Notes: generated by a model from the letters alone, not told the origin. 64,000 nt of DNA from Candidatus Marinacidobacterales bacterium (GCA_965219415.1 CBDCNP010000002.1:1408001-1472000), one strand, 5' to 3'. Shown: positions 32,055 to 44,271, counted from the stretch's first letter. A program made the numbers and translations.

Positions 32055-33491
32055 GAGTCAAGCCCATTCTTAGTTGAAACTCTCCACGGCTCACGTTTAA
32101 GCGACCTTCTTCTTCGATACGGTTGATGTCTTCGCCTCGATCTTCAGTTCCCGCTTGAGAGCTTCGCGAAGCTTGGGAAGATGGCGGTAGCCCACCACCT
32201 TCCTCAAGCACGGTTCGATGTCTACGAGCGCCGTTGCCAACCAGCGCTGGCGTTGGCTCGAGTTCTTCCAGTGGTCGACCTTCGCGCAGCGTTCCTCGAC
32301 GAGAGCATTGACGGACTCAAGGCAGTTCGTCGTCTTGAACGAACGGCCCAGCACCGCGTGCACGCCGAGTCGATGCAACGTCAGCGTCTCCTCGAGGCCT
32401 TCCTCCAGGCTGCCAGCTGCGGATTGGTTCCGCTCTTCTAACTCACCGTGGAGTTGCTCGAGCGCAGTGAGGGCCTCTTCGTACTCCGGCCTGTTGTAGG
32501 CCCACTGGAGCCGCTTGCGCCATGACGCCTGCTCGCCCTTGGACAGGTAGCTCACTACGTTTTCACGTTTGTTGCCACTGGCAGCGTTGTATCAGGGTCC
32601 GCTTACGGAATGCCTTCTTGACTGCCGCTTGGAGACCCTTGCCGCCGTCGATGATCACCAGCAGACCCTGGGAGATATCGAGTCCCCGCTCGAGCAGTGA
32701 ACGCAGGAACGGCGTCAACACCTGCGCGTTCTCCGTGTCCGTCTCCACGAAGCCCAAGAAGCGTTTTTCCCCGCAAAAGCGTGATGCCCAGAGCCACGAC
32801 CATCGTTGCCTCGGCGAATGTCTTCCCATCCAGAAACAGCGCCACCACATCCTCGCCGGTCAGATCCCGTTCCTGCATCTCCCGCAGCTTCGCAGCGCTC
32901 GCTTGCACGAACCCTCGGGACACCGTTGAGCTCGACAGCCCGATGGCGCCCGGAATCGCTTCCGCTGCCGCCTCGTAGTTGCGACAAGAGATTCCGTAGA
33001 GAACTCGTTTCAGCAGAAGATCATTCACCTCACCGCCGTGGCTCACCGCCTCGTAGCAGCGAAGCGGAATCTCTCCTCCCTCGATGCTCCGAACCCGTGG
33101 CACACGGATCGGTACCCGCTGGCCGCCAAGCCCTACCGTGCCCGGGTTGCTTCCGGGACGGCGACCGCGCTCCAGCTCGTCCTTGCGAGAGTATCGCTCT
33201 CCCGCCAACGCCTTCACTTCGTCGTCGAGCAACTCGTGAACGTGCATTAGACCAAGGGGGACCAACCAACGGATCATCTCTACCTTGGCGTCCAGCACGA
33301 GTTCCCCGTAATCCTCGTGCCTCACCATCTCGACCTCACCCAAACGACGCGACTTCTTGCGTTTCTTGACCGAACGTAGCAGACTTCCCATCTCGGCTCC
33401 TTTCTTCGCGGCTTGATTTTGTTTTGTCCAACGCCATCAAACCACGGGGTTTGGAGCCGTTTCAATTCCCAACTAAGATTGGCACACTTTC
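32055..33491 (-). mobile_element. IS256-family element, complete, with 8-bp target-site duplication
   Basis: Imperfect IRs GAGTCAAGCCCATTCTTAGTTG and GAAAGTGTGCCAATCTTAGTTG (reverse complement); TCTTTTCT on both flanks (32047-32054 and 33492-33499). Confidence 0.92.
32097..33391 (-). CDS. IS256-family (mutator) transposase with two frameshifts
   Basis: VPRVR, GISCR, LFLDG, VIIDGGKGL, QRCQW and TTNCLES. Confidence 0.9.
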
Positions 33492-33557
33492 TCTTTTCTC
33501 GGGGCAACTAGCCTGCGCGCCGCAGACAACGCAAATTATTGTACACTCAACGGGCGC

Positions 33558-34647
33558 ATGAAGACCATTCTGGTCCTTTCCTGGTTCTATCACCCGTTCA
33601 TCGGCGGAGCGGAACTCTTCGCGCGCGCCATCTCGGAAAGGCTATCGGGTAGATACCGTTTCATTGTCGTGACCGCGCGGATGGACAAACAGTTGCCAAA
33701 GAGCGAGACCGGCAACGGGACTACTATCCTCCGATTGGGTGGCGGGCGCCGCAGTGACAAGTTCACCTACCCACTCCTCGCTCTCAAGAAAGCCCTTCAA
33801 CTGTGAGTCGGTGGATTTGGTTCACACCATCATGGTCAACGCCTCGGCGGTGGCCGCCTACCTCTATCTCAAGCTCCGCTCCAAGCCCTCGCTCCTCACG
33901 TCACAGGAAGGCGACAGTGAGGAATACATCAGAGGCTACCTTGGCCCATTCCTAGTACTAGGATGGGGCGTCCGTAACGACCGGATCGCTGTCGTTCACA
34001 ACAGCCTCCCCGACGTCCAAATCGTCATAACCAGAGAAGCGGCGCGGCAAGCGCTTTCGTTTGGCCCATCCAGTCGAGACACGGTAATCGTCTCGGCGGG
34101 ACGTCTGGTACCGTGGAAGCGGTTCGATCTTCTGATCCGCCTGATGCCGGGGATACGTTCTGCCGTATCCTCGGCTCGGCTTCTGATCATCGGCACGGGT
34201 CCGTGCGAAAAGGAGCTCAGGGAACTGGTGGCGGGGTTGAAGCTCGACAAGGCCGTCACCCTTGTCGGTCGGTTGGACGCCGACCGCATGAGGCTTCACC
34301 TGATGGCCAGCGACATCCTGGTTCTCGCATCGAGCTACGAGGGCTTTTCTCACTTGCTCCTCGAATCTATGCGAGCCGGGCTTCCCGTAGTGGCTACCGA
34401 TGCCGGTGGAAACCATGAGCTGATCCAAAACGGAAGTAGTGGGATTCTCGTGCCCATTGACAAGCCGGACCGACTCGCCGCCGCACTGGTCGAGCTGTGC
34501 AAGAACCCTACCTCCCGCGCCCGCCTGGCGAGGGCGGGAAGAGAACGTTCCACATATTTCACTTGGGAAAAAATGGTTGATGCCACCGTAGCTGCCCTCC
34601 GTCGAGCTCCGGCGGCGGACCACGACCACTCGGCGGCGGCGACTTAG
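33558..34647 (+). CDS. Glycosyltransferase family 4, frameshifted and apparently internally deleted or chimeric
   Basis: YHPFIGGAE N-terminus; AGRLVPWK and YEGFSHLLLES; abrupt join GPF|LVLGWG near 33950. Confidence 0.82.
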
Positions 34648-34655
34648 CGCAGAAG

Positions 34656-36397
34656 CTATTCGGTGGCGATGCGATAAACAGTCACCCCCCTGGTCTGGAA
34701 TACTCTCTCCAGGAAAGGGTTTTGGTTCAATTGCCTCTCGGTAATCACATGCTCGGCCAAGAACGTCGGACTCGATACGATATAGGACACACCGAGTCGA
34801 GCCGCCGCGGCTCTTGCCTCATCCAGGTCGGCCGGCTCGAGGAGAGCGCACTCGTCCCAATAGTCTTCGGTGCCGAAAGATGGTTTTAGGAGCCGGAGGA
34901 CCCGCCTTCCCCGAAACGGCGGGGATCCACGCCCCCGCATCCACCGCAGCGAGAAGAATGTCAGTCCCTGCGGTGTTGTTGCGGATCCATTCTCCCATGG
35001 CTAGGTAGCGTTTCGGGATTGGGGTCAAGCCGAGTCGGAAGTGGTCGTCCATCACTTCTGGCTGCCACCACCAGGGGAGCGTAGCAGGCAGCAACAGCAG
35101 AAGCACCACCGCAGTCAGTCGACTCGAGTTACCCAGCCAGTCGAGGGACGAGCTCAACTTTCGGGCAAGCCTCCGTCCACCTCGCTCGACGAGATCGTAG
35201 ACGCCCAAACCCGAAAATAGAACCATCACCACAACCAAGAGCGTGTAAACGTGTATCGCTCCGCGGGACCGCGCTGCTGCATAAAGGACGGCACTGCCGG
35301 CCCACGCCGTGTAGAGTGCAGCGAGCAGGCCGAGCCACATCAGATCGAATCGACCTCTTCTGCGCCACGCCGTCCAGGCACCATAGAGACCTAAGTAAAA
35401 CGTGAGCCCCAAATCGAAAGTGGCGAGAAAAAACAGCGAGCTCCCGCGCGGAGGGCCTTGGTCCCACGGGCTCCGTAGGTCGGCCGCTGTCCCGGCCGAC
35501 AAGCTGACCGCGGGCGGGAAATTCACTTTCAGGTAGTAGACGTATGGGAGGACGAGGACGAGCGATACCAGCAGGATCGCGCCGAGACGAAGGTGCTGGC
35601 GCCCCGGGCCTTTCACCAAAGCAATCAGCATGCCGCCTACGACGAGGCCCAAGCAAAGGAGCATCCAGTACATGATGAAGGCCCACCCCAGAACACCCAA
35701 AAGCAATCCGGTCGCCGCAGAGCTCAGGAAGCTGAAGGGCTTGGAGATGGTCCGCACCAGCAGCCAGATGCAGATCGGCACCAGGGCAAGTGCGAGCGCG
35801 TGATTGGGCTTGTGCAGGAAGATCTTGGCGACCGAGCCGTTGTAGGCACCGAGGAAGTCGAGCGGCGGCGCCGCGACAAGGAGCGCGAAAAAAACCACAT
35901 AGAGTGCGCGCAGGTCGTTGCGCTTCGACTCGTTCTCATCAGAAGGAACGGCCTCCGGTTCCACCGCAAAAACAAATCTGAGGCCGCACCCAAGTAAAAC
36001 AATGACCAACGCCGGCAGGAACGGGTAGACCCGCAGGACCCACTCAGGGTCGCGCAGCGAAAGGAGCGAAACGATGAACACCCACAAGGGTTCCAAGTGG
36101 AACTGGCCTATTACGCCGCTCTCCCATGGCGCGTTGCCCGCCGCCGCGGTTGCACATGACCAGAGATTTCTCATTCGATCCGTAATGGGCGCTAGTCCCC
36201 AGATTCCCGGCAAAGGGAAAGGTTGTCCAAAACCAAGCCATCAATGCCAGGGGGATAGGCGCCCACGCCCAACGGACGGCGCGCTGCCGCCAAATCCAAA
36301 GCACCCAGCAAAGGTATACCGCAACGAAAGCGAGCCTCCCCGCAGAGAAGAAAGCGGGCAAGTCGAGCTCGCCGACGCTGATTCCCAGGAAATTCAA
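34656..36397 (-). CDS. GT-C-like polytopic membrane protein (paralog of 45522-47219), frameshifted
   Basis: About 13 TM segments; C-terminal LPWWWQP..MD...WIR.NT...WIPAVSG is shared with 45522-47219; TTG start overlaps the upstream TGA. Confidence 0.6.
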
Positions 36398-37063
36398 TCT
36401 GCGCTTCCATGAGAAGGAACGCGCACCCTGAGAGCGAAGGCCAGCGAGAAGAGCTGTGGCCGGAGGCGTGCCAATAGTCGGAAGGGTAGCCCCAGGAGCC
36501 AGCTTTGATATTTGAACGTGTGAAATCGCTCGGATACCAATTCCAGACCGAGTGAGGCGAGCAGCTTTTTCAAACCGACGTAGTTGATCCAATAACACAT
36601 GCGCTTGCGCGGCGTATTGTTCTCGGGCACCGCTCCAGTGAGAACTTGGTACCGTGCGGTCACCGAGTTGAAGTTGGGAACGACTAATACGATCTCCCTG
36701 GCCACGCGCGCCGCCTCGGCCAAGTATGCGCTCCGGCTCGAACGTATGTTCCAGTACATCGATCAACGCAACAGTGGCGAATTGACCATCGGGAAACGGC
36801 AACGGACGCTCGGCATCACAGCACAAAGCGGGGAGGCCCCTCGCAGACAGAGATTTGGCGCTGGAAAGCGCGAGGTCGCAGCCCACCAACTTCTCCAAGC
36901 CTCTCTGCCGGAGCGCATCGAGGAAATGTCCCGTTCCACATCCGATGTCGAGCACCGGCTGGTGCTCGACGAGCGCCGCAGCGGCTCGGTGCTTCCACTG
37001 GATGCCTAAATCCGGGCCTTGCCACCAAAGGGCATCCCAATAATCAATCTCCCGGCTCTTCAT
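36394..37063 (-). CDS. Class I SAM-dependent methyltransferase, frameshift near 36720
   Basis: VLDIGCGTG, LPFPDGQF, DVLEH and VPN. Confidence 0.88.
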
Positions 37064-37294
37064 TTGGGCTGGCTACGCTCCACTCGCAACACCATCATAG
37101 GAATCGCCTACGACCCGAGAGCAAGGGAGGCGGAGAGGTTCAGATTCGAGGCCTCGTGAACAAAAAATGACGTCTTACGGAAAACGGGGGTATTCTAGAG
37201 CGGCCTCGTCGCGGTGGCAACCCCGGATGTTCCCGCACGGGGCACAATGTCGTTAGTATCGAATCCGGTGGCACGGTTGAGAAGCTAACCTCGA

Positions 37295-38835
37295 ATGAAC
37301 CAGACTGACGACGAACGCCAATCCGGCCGAGATTGGATCGCCTTCGTTGTCGCATGGATCCCTTACTCGTTGTTGACCTATAGATTTTGGTACAACAACG
37401 ACGACGCCTTCATCAGTTTCCGTTACGCGAAGAACTGGGCCATGGGGTACGGCGTGCGCTACAACGTGGGCGTTCAGCAGCCGGAGGAGGGATACAGCAA
37501 CTTCCTTTGGGTCGCACTGTGCGCGCTTATCGAGTACTTGGAGCTTGACGTTACTTTCTGGGCACCGATGATCGGATTCGCTTGCGGCTCTTTGCTGTTG
37601 TACTTCGTTTTTCGAACGATGCGGCGGGATTTCGATATGGAGATCGGCGTCGCGTTCTCCATCACGCTGGGCCTCGGCCTTTTCCCACCGTACGCCCTAT
37701 GGTCGACGGGTGGCATGGCTACCATCGCATTCGCCCTTTCCGCGTTCGCGACGACTTACTTCCTTGTTCTTCGTTCCGCGGGCATCGCGCCGTACCGTGG
37801 TGCGCTCGCCGGGGTGGCCATGGCGTTGTTGCGTACCGAAGGGATCGCTTGGGCATTACTTATCGCCCTGCTCGGCATCGTCACACGACGGATGAAAAGG
37901 GAGGGAGCCTGGCGACCGGTAGCCGTTTATGTCGCGATCGTGGGCGCCGCTTTCTCAGTCTATTTCGCCTGGCGATACTCCTACTACCAGGTTCTCTTCC
38001 CCAACCCGGTCTACGCCAAGGTTGGCCTCGGCCCCGAAGTCGTATTGCGAGGCTCCCGCTACGTGGCCACCTTCGCTCTCACGTTTCTGTCACCGCTTCT
38101 CTTGCTGCCCGCAGGCTACGTGGCCTGGCGGGAAGCACCGAAGCCGCTAGCGCTTGCCCCGGCACGTTGAGCTTCGCCTTTCCGGCCTACGCGGTGGCGG
38201 TCGGCGGAGATTGGATGCCCATGGGGCGGTTTCTGATCCCCGGCCTCCCCTTCGGAGCGCTATTGATGGGATGGTTGGTCGCTTGGCTCTGGAAACATCT
38301 AACACCGAGGATCGCGGTCATGGCGGTCGTGCTAGCAACCATCGCGGTGGGTCTCGTTCCCGCTTGGAACGTCCAGCTCGTGCCCGCCTCGGTGCGCCGC
38401 CCATTTCATTTTCGTTACTACGGTGCCGGCTTCCGCACCGAATATGAAGCGTGGAGAGACGGACTCGATAATCTCGCAGACAGAAAGGAAGTTGCTCTGG
38501 CACTCAAGAAGCATTTCAAGCCGGGAGACAGCATCGTCGGTGGCGCCATCGGCGTACTCGGATACTACTCCGAGCTACGCGTCTACGACCGATACGGCTT
38601 GGTCGACCGGCGGGTGGCAATGCGCCCGCACCAGTGCGGCCAACTTCGCTCCCCAGGCCATGACAGTAAGGTCTCGACCAGTTTCTTTTTCCCCGACGAG
38701 CCCACCGTCCTGCTTCATGAAAGAGTAAACGGACCTCCACCGAGCCGAAAGAATCCGGCGACCCCGCATCGCCACACTCCCCCGCCCCCAGAGGCGCGCG
38801 GCGCGTGCGAAGCGGGCCGAAAGTGCGTGGGATGA
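37295..38835 (+). CDS. GT-C membrane glycosyltransferase with an AftB-like N-terminal motif, frameshifted
   Basis: DDAFISFRYAKN..G.G..YN...EGYSNFLW, RTEG, GGDWMPMGRF, AIGVLGYYS and D.YGL.D. Confidence 0.75.
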
Positions 38836-38840
38836 TTTTT

Positions 38841-40031
38841 TTACGGGGTTGGATTCTTCTCTTCCGTGACCAGGCGAGTGGCCTCTTCGAAGAGGCGACG
38901 GTAAGCGTCGACATAAGACGCCGTTGAGAAGAAACGTTCCGCGAAGGCGCGGGCACGTTCTCCCATTTGATCGAATTTCTCAGGGTCTTCCAGAAGCCAA
39001 CGCAATCGTATGGCAACCGCCTCGCTATCGCCAGGAGGTACCAGGAGGCCGTTGTCTTCATCCACGATCATCTCGCCGATGCCACCGACTCGGCTTCCTA
39101 TCACGGGCGTCGCGCAGGCCATCGCTTCGAAGACGACCCGTCCCAAACCCTCGGACCGGGAAGGGAGAACCAAAGCTTCGGCCTGGGCCATCTGCTTGGC
39201 CAGCTCGCGCTGAGGGAGCGGATCCTTGAAAACCACTCGCGACGCGAGGCCGAGCTCTTTCGTCTGCAGGGCCAGGGACTGGGCGCACCGGCGATCCTCG
39301 GCCTTGCCGACGATCAGAAGTTGCGCCTCTGGAAAATCCTCCGCGATCGAGGCGAATGCACCGATGAGAACGTCGACACCCTTGAGAGGGATCAGGAGGC
39401 CGACGTAGAGAAATGTACCCCGGGACTTTCTCTCCTTCTCCTGTCCCGCGTCCAAGAAAACCTCTATATCGGTCCAGGTCGAAAACTGCTCGATCGGCTT
39501 CCCCTCTGCCCATTCGGTGAGCTGCTCCCGGGTCGAGTCCGATATGGCGCGAAACGCGTCGGCATGTCGCAGTGCGAACTGAGAGAAACGGACCGCGAAG
39601 AACCGTCCGAGGCCCGGCCATAAGAAACGATGCTGCAAGAAAGGTGACTTCTGGAAATCACCATGACTCTCCACGATGAGAGCCACTCTTCGGGCGAAGA
39701 TTCCACCAAGTAGCTTCACCCAAGCTCCCGCGAAACCTTCGTATGGACTTTGGGCTACTAAGATCCCCACCCGTCGATGCAGGACGAGGCCCAACGCGAC
39801 GAGGGAACCGATACTGAGGAGGGCAAGATAGCGCAGCACCGGTCCCGGCGGACGCGGCAGCAGAACGAAGTCGGCGCTTTGATGGTGTCGCCCGCCCTTC
39901 CAATGGGTCGAAAACCCGATGACGAAGATCCTCCCCAAGGCTGCGAGAGCGCGAAACTTCTTCTCGCTGGTTGGGTCCAGGGGGACTTCGTAAACGGTGC
40001 TGCTGAGGAAGCAGACACTGGGCGGGCTCAT
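38841..40031 (-). CDS. Glycosyltransferase family 4
   Basis: YVGLLIPLKG, PSRSEGLGRVVFEAMAC and VGGIGE; start taken at MSPPSV. Confidence 0.92.
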   Translation of the reverse strand: MSPPSVCFLSSTVYEVPLDPTSEKKFRALAALGRIFVIGFSTHWKGGRHHQSADFVLLPRPPGPVLRYLALLSIGSLVALGLVLHRRVGILVAQSPYEGFAGAWVKLLGGIFARRVALIVESHGDFQKSPFLQHRFLWPGLGRFFAVRFSQFALRHADAFRAISDSTREQLTEWAEGKPIEQFSTWTDIEVFLDAGQEKERKSRGTFLYVGLLIPLKGVDVLIGAFASIAEDFPEAQLLIVGKAEDRRCAQSLALQTKELGLASRVVFKDPLPQRELAKQMAQAEALVLPSRSEGLGRVVFEAMACATPVIGSRVGGIGEMIVDEDNGLLVPPGDSEAVAIRLRWLLEDPEKFDQMGERARAFAERFFSTASYVDAYRRLFEEATRLVTEEKNPTP

Positions 40032-40066
40032 AAGTGGCCTCGAGATCCCCCGCGGCGGGTGTCCGT

Positions 40067-41485
40067 CTAGCGCCCCGAGCTCTCCAGGTGTTTCCCCAGA
40101 ATATGCGCCGTACACGCGGTGAGCTTCTTGGCGTACCCGACGTGTAAGAACTCGTTGGGTCCGTGGGCGTTGCTTTGGGGGCCCAGTACACCGGTGATCA
40201 CGAACTGGGCGCTGGGGAACTTCTCGCCCAACATCCCCATGAAAGGTATCGAGCCTCCCTCGCCCATGTGCATGGCGGGTTTTCCGTAAAAAGTCTCCGA
40301 GGCCTCCCCGATCGCCTGACCGAGCCATGGAGAAAGCTCGGGTGCGCTCCAACCTTGTGCCGGCTCGTTGAACTCGACGGATACATGGGCCCCGTATGGC
40401 GGATCCATTTCCAGAAGTTCCTTCACCACGGCTTTCGCCTTCTCGGTTGCGAGAGTGGGCGGGAGCCGTAGCGACAGATTGAGGGTCGTGTAGGGCCTCA
40501 GCACATTGCCGGCCTTTTGCACGGGGGGAATTCCGTCCTGGCCGGTGATCTCGAGTTGGGGTCGCCAAGTGCGATTCAAGATGAGCTCGGTCGGATCTTC
40601 TTCGACCGGCCTCATCCCACTCATCCACGGAAACTTGCTGTACACTCCGTCTTTCAGAACTTCGGCGACCCGGCGCGCTTGTTCGACCCGCTGCGCGGGG
40701 ATGTCGACACGAAGGGCGTCGGGCAGAACCCGGCCCGTCGCGGCATCTTCCAAACGATCCAGCAACGGTCGAAACAGTCGGAAGGAGGATGGGACGATAC
40801 CGCTCGCATCGCCGGAATGGACGCCTTCCTGAAGCACCTGCACCTTCAATTTGCCGCTCACTAGCCCACGCAGCGAGGTCGTGGACCAGAACTGATCGTA
40901 ATTGCCGGCTCCCGAATCCAGGCAAACGACGAGCTCGGGCTGGCCGAGCAGTTCCTCGAAATGATCCACGTAAGCAGGAAGGTCCGGAGAGCCGCTCTCC
41001 TCAGAGAACTCGATGATGGCGACCACCCGCGCGTGGTCCAGATTCTGGGCACGAAGCGCGTGTAGGGCACAGACCGAGGCGAAAACTGCGTAGCCGTCAT
41101 CGGCCCCGCCACGACCATAGAGTTTCTCGCCGTCCACTACCGGCTCCCAAGGGCCGAGCCCATCACGCCACCCCGTCATTTCCGGCTGTTTATCCAGATG
41201 CCCGTACATGACAACCGTCCGATCGCTCTTTCCGGGCACTTCTAACAGCAGCAGCGGAGTGCGACCGGGCAACCGCCCCACGTGGAGCGTCGAGCCTTCG
41301 GGTTTATGCGTCTCCACCCAGCGCTTTGCAAGCTCGAGCGCCTTCTCCATGTGCCCGTTTTGCTCCCAGTCGGGATCGAACACCGGAGATACGTTGGGAA
41401 CGCGAATGTAGTCCTGGATGGTGGGAAGGATCTCGTCGTCCCAAAATCCGTCAACAAACGCCTGCAATTTCTCCTTACTCGCCAT
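40067..41485 (-). CDS. M20/M25/M40 family metallopeptidase
   Basis: YGHLDKQP, YGRGGADD, EESGS, GGSIP and NAHGPNE. Confidence 0.93.
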   Translation of the reverse strand: MASKEKLQAFVDGFWDDEILPTIQDYIRVPNVSPVFDPDWEQNGHMEKALELAKRWVETHKPEGSTLHVGRLPGRTPLLLLEVPGKSDRTVVMYGHLDKQPEMTGWRDGLGPWEPVVDGEKLYGRGGADDGYAVFASVCALHALRAQNLDHARVVAIIEFSEESGSPDLPAYVDHFEELLGQPELVVCLDSGAGNYDQFWSTTSLRGLVSGKLKVQVLQEGVHSGDASGIVPSSFRLFRPLLDRLEDAATGRVLPDALRVDIPAQRVEQARRVAEVLKDGVYSKFPWMSGMRPVEEDPTELILNRTWRPQLEITGQDGIPPVQKAGNVLRPYTTLNLSLRLPPTLATEKAKAVVKELLEMDPPYGAHVSVEFNEPAQGWSAPELSPWLGQAIGEASETFYGKPAMHMGEGGSIPFMGMLGEKFPSAQFVITGVLGPQSNAHGPNEFLHVGYAKKLTACTAHILGKHLESSGR

Positions 41486-41624
41486 GGCGGTCCTCTCCTG
41501 AAAGCCGTTGCCGGTCCTGCGCTATCTTATCCTGATCCGCGCCTTCTCGGTCCAGCGTGCAGTTCCGTTATACTCCGGGGTCAATGCGGGGTCCGCGAGC
41601 GTCAAGCCCCCAAATGATGACACG

Positions 41625-42716
41625 ATGAAACGGGCGGTGGTGGGTCGAATCTCAGCGGTGGTTCTGAGTGTACTGCTCGTGTTTTTTGCCACCGAGCTTT
41701 TGGCTCGGTATTTCTTTCCATGCTATCGAGAGGTCGACTGCTCCTTACATCAGGCGGAGATGATGCTCCTCAACTCGAACGTCCTCTTCGATCCCTCGCT
41801 CGACGCGTACAGCGAGCGGTTTGGATTCCGGCTCTCTCCTAATGAAGAGCAGATAGTCGAGAAGCCCGAATACCGCCACACCGCTCGAACGAACTCCCTT
41901 GGCTTCCGAACCAAGGAGATCGCCCCTAGGGGCGCCAACGAGTTGAGATCGCTTTTGCTCGGTGACTCGTTTTTCTATGGGACCGGCGTGGAAGAAGAAG
42001 ACATGATCTCAACCTGGTTGGAACGGCTGAACGCAGAAGACGATTCGGCTCAGTACTCGCTCATCGCTTACAATTTCGCGGTGTTCGGATACAACACGGT
42101 CCAACAACTCATCGTGGCACGGGAATTCGTCCAAGACATCGGCCCGCACGAGATCGTGCTCGGATTGTTCATCGGCAATGACATTCTCCCTAACGCCATC
42201 GCTTACATAGACGGGGAAGGCAACTACGCTGTCTCCGAGGAGAGGCTCACGCGCATGAGGAACGAGCTCCATAGCTACTATCCTCCCCTGCTCGGAGCAA
42301 GCGTCATCTATCGCATGATGGCCCGTCTTGCCGTGGTCCCTCGCCTCCGCTACAAAATGGCTTCACGACCCGAAATCCTCGAAGAGACCTACTCGCTGCT
42401 GGAGGAGCTCGGTAGTCTCTCGCTGGCCAACGAGAGTGGCTTTTCGGTCGTGATTATCTATCCGCGTGACGGGACGGCGGGTGGATTCATGCAACGGTGG
42501 ACGAGGAGTCGCGTCGTCGGAAATCGGATTCGCGTGTTCTGCGAGCAAAACGATATCCGGGTCATCGATCTGCTGGATTACATCGAGGGACGGGAGGACA
42601 TGAGACGGTACCTGTACACATCCGATGGCCACTTCAATCCGGCAGGGAGTCGCCTCGTTGCGCAAATTATTCGCAGCAACATCTTGGCTCGGCGCGACAC
42701 CGCAACATTCGAATAG
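41625..42716 (+). CDS. Membrane-anchored SGNH/GDSL hydrolase or acyltransferase
   Basis: N-terminal TM segment; NSLGFR, LGDSF, GND and DGHFN (DxH). Confidence 0.85.
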   Translation: MKRAVVGRISAVVLSVLLVFFATELLARYFFPCYREVDCSLHQAEMMLLNSNVLFDPSLDAYSERFGFRLSPNEEQIVEKPEYRHTARTNSLGFRTKEIAPRGANELRSLLLGDSFFYGTGVEEEDMISTWLERLNAEDDSAQYSLIAYNFAVFGYNTVQQLIVAREFVQDIGPHEIVLGLFIGNDILPNAIAYIDGEGNYAVSEERLTRMRNELHSYYPPLLGASVIYRMMARLAVVPRLRYKMASRPEILEETYSLLEELGSLSLANESGFSVVIIYPRDGTAGGFMQRWTRSRVVGNRIRVFCEQNDIRVIDLLDYIEGREDMRRYLYTSDGHFNPAGSRLVAQIIRSNILARRDTATFE

Positions 42717-42731
42717 TTCCACGGAGACTCA

Positions 42732-43439
42732 TCACTTCCTGGCTACAACGAGGTATCCGCTGGTCAGGAAATTTGACGGGATAAGCTTCGACGCGAGCAG
42801 GGCGAACGGCACCAACAAGAAGGCGATCAAGACGATCAGCGGAGCGAGTAGCCGAGCCATCAGGCGATTCTCCATGATCAGCCGGACGATAAGCACATTC
42901 ACCGCCTCCCCCCAAGAATTTCTTTCCTTGATGACGACCGCGGTGAACTCACGCAGGAGATGCTCCAATCCGAATGATGTGAAGCGGAAGTAGTCGTTGG
43001 AATTGCTATGAATCGGAAAGATGAAAGGCACCGTCAGCGTGAGCTTACCTTCCTTTTTCAGCACTCTGTGAATGCGATCGATTGCTTGCTGAGGCGAATG
43101 TAGATGCTCGAGGACTTCGGCCAGCACAACATGGTCATAGATTTCGTCTTTCTCGAACTCATAGGTGCAGATATCACCAACGATTTCCTGCGCCTTGTGA
43201 ACGGTCGCGACGTCGAAGAGGTGGACGTCGAACGCTCGCCGTTGCCCGAACTCCTTGACCATCGCCGCGATCGGCCCGCCGGCGCCGACCGAGAGAACAC
43301 TCGCCCCCTGCTCTATGTCGGATAGCTGCCTTGCGAGGAAGGGGTAAATGCCCTTACGAGTGAGAATCTTGGAGGCATTGATCAAGTGTTGATACACCTT
43401 CGCCAACATCACCACCTCACTCCGCAGCTCGTTGTGCAA
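42732..43439 (-). CDS. Class I SAM-dependent methyltransferase
   Basis: VLSVGAG, EVLEH and VPFIFPIH...DYFRFT. Confidence 0.88.
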   Translation of the reverse strand: MHNELRSEVVMLAKVYQHLINASKILTRKGIYPFLARQLSDIEQGASVLSVGAGGPIAAMVKEFGQRRAFDVHLFDVATVHKAQEIVGDICTYEFEKDEIYDHVVLAEVLEHLHSPQQAIDRIHRVLKKEGKLTLTVPFIFPIHSNSNDYFRFTSFGLEHLLREFTAVVIKERNSWGEAVNVLIVRLIMENRLMARLLAPLIVLIAFLLVPFALLASKLIPSNFLTSGYLVVARK

Positions 43440-43520
43440 TCCTCCGTCTCTGAGACGACCCCCGGCTCGAGATGTCGAGAAGGGACTCCTCTGGTAGAAA
43501 CATCGAAGGTCTCGAGTACG

Positions 43521-44271
43521 TCAGCGCCTGTTGAAGACCGCGACCAATCGCGCCCCGTTGGTCGATGTCGCGGGCTCTACCCATTTGCGGTAAGCGAACC
43601 CGAGGAGCCTCAAACCACAGCGCCCAGTTGGCGACGAAAAAACGGTTCACCGCCATCCCCTCGACAAACTTCGGCGCCAAGCCGACGCGATGAATGTAAC
43701 GAGAAGAATCGAGCTCGAAGTAGGATCCGAGAAGTGCGGCGAGCTCATTTTCGTCGAAGTGACGGAAATGCTTTCGGCTGACCCGAATATTGTGCGTAGG
43801 CACCGTCACCACCAATGCACCTGACGGAGAGACAAGCTCACCGAGCCCAGAAACGATCTGCGCGCATTCATCGGGCGGAATATGCTCGAGCACCTCGCTG
43901 GCGACGATTACGTCGAACCGCTTTCCCCTGAGCTCTTCGAGGCTTCTGGCGAACCGAACCTTCGCCTCGTCGTTGAAACCACTGGCGAAATGAAGCGCTC
44001 GCTCGACGATCTCCACGCCCCACAACTCGCTCGTCGGGGCACGCACCGCCAGCTCGGAGAGTAGCCGGCCGTCGCCGCATCCGAAGTCCAAAACCGATTC
44101 GGGACGCAGTTTCTCCACCTCGCTCACAACACTCTCCAAGAGCGAAAGGTACCGGAATCCCCAGTGCAAGTGGCGGCCCACGTACCAGATCCCGTCGGCC
44201 GCGTGCGGCAGATGATGATATGGAAAAACATACTTCGCCGCTTGAACGTTCCGGGGATCGATGGCCTCCAT
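43521..44271 (-). CDS. Class I SAM-dependent methyltransferase (C-terminal frameshift)
   Basis: YVFPYHH, VLDFGCGDG, SEVLEHI, TVP and KHFRHF. Confidence 0.85.

Noticed and set aside
38841-40925. The 694-aa ORF as an extended glycosyltransferase
   Set aside because: The first ~300 residues are an alternative frame of the M20 peptidase gene; the GT4 starts at 40031.
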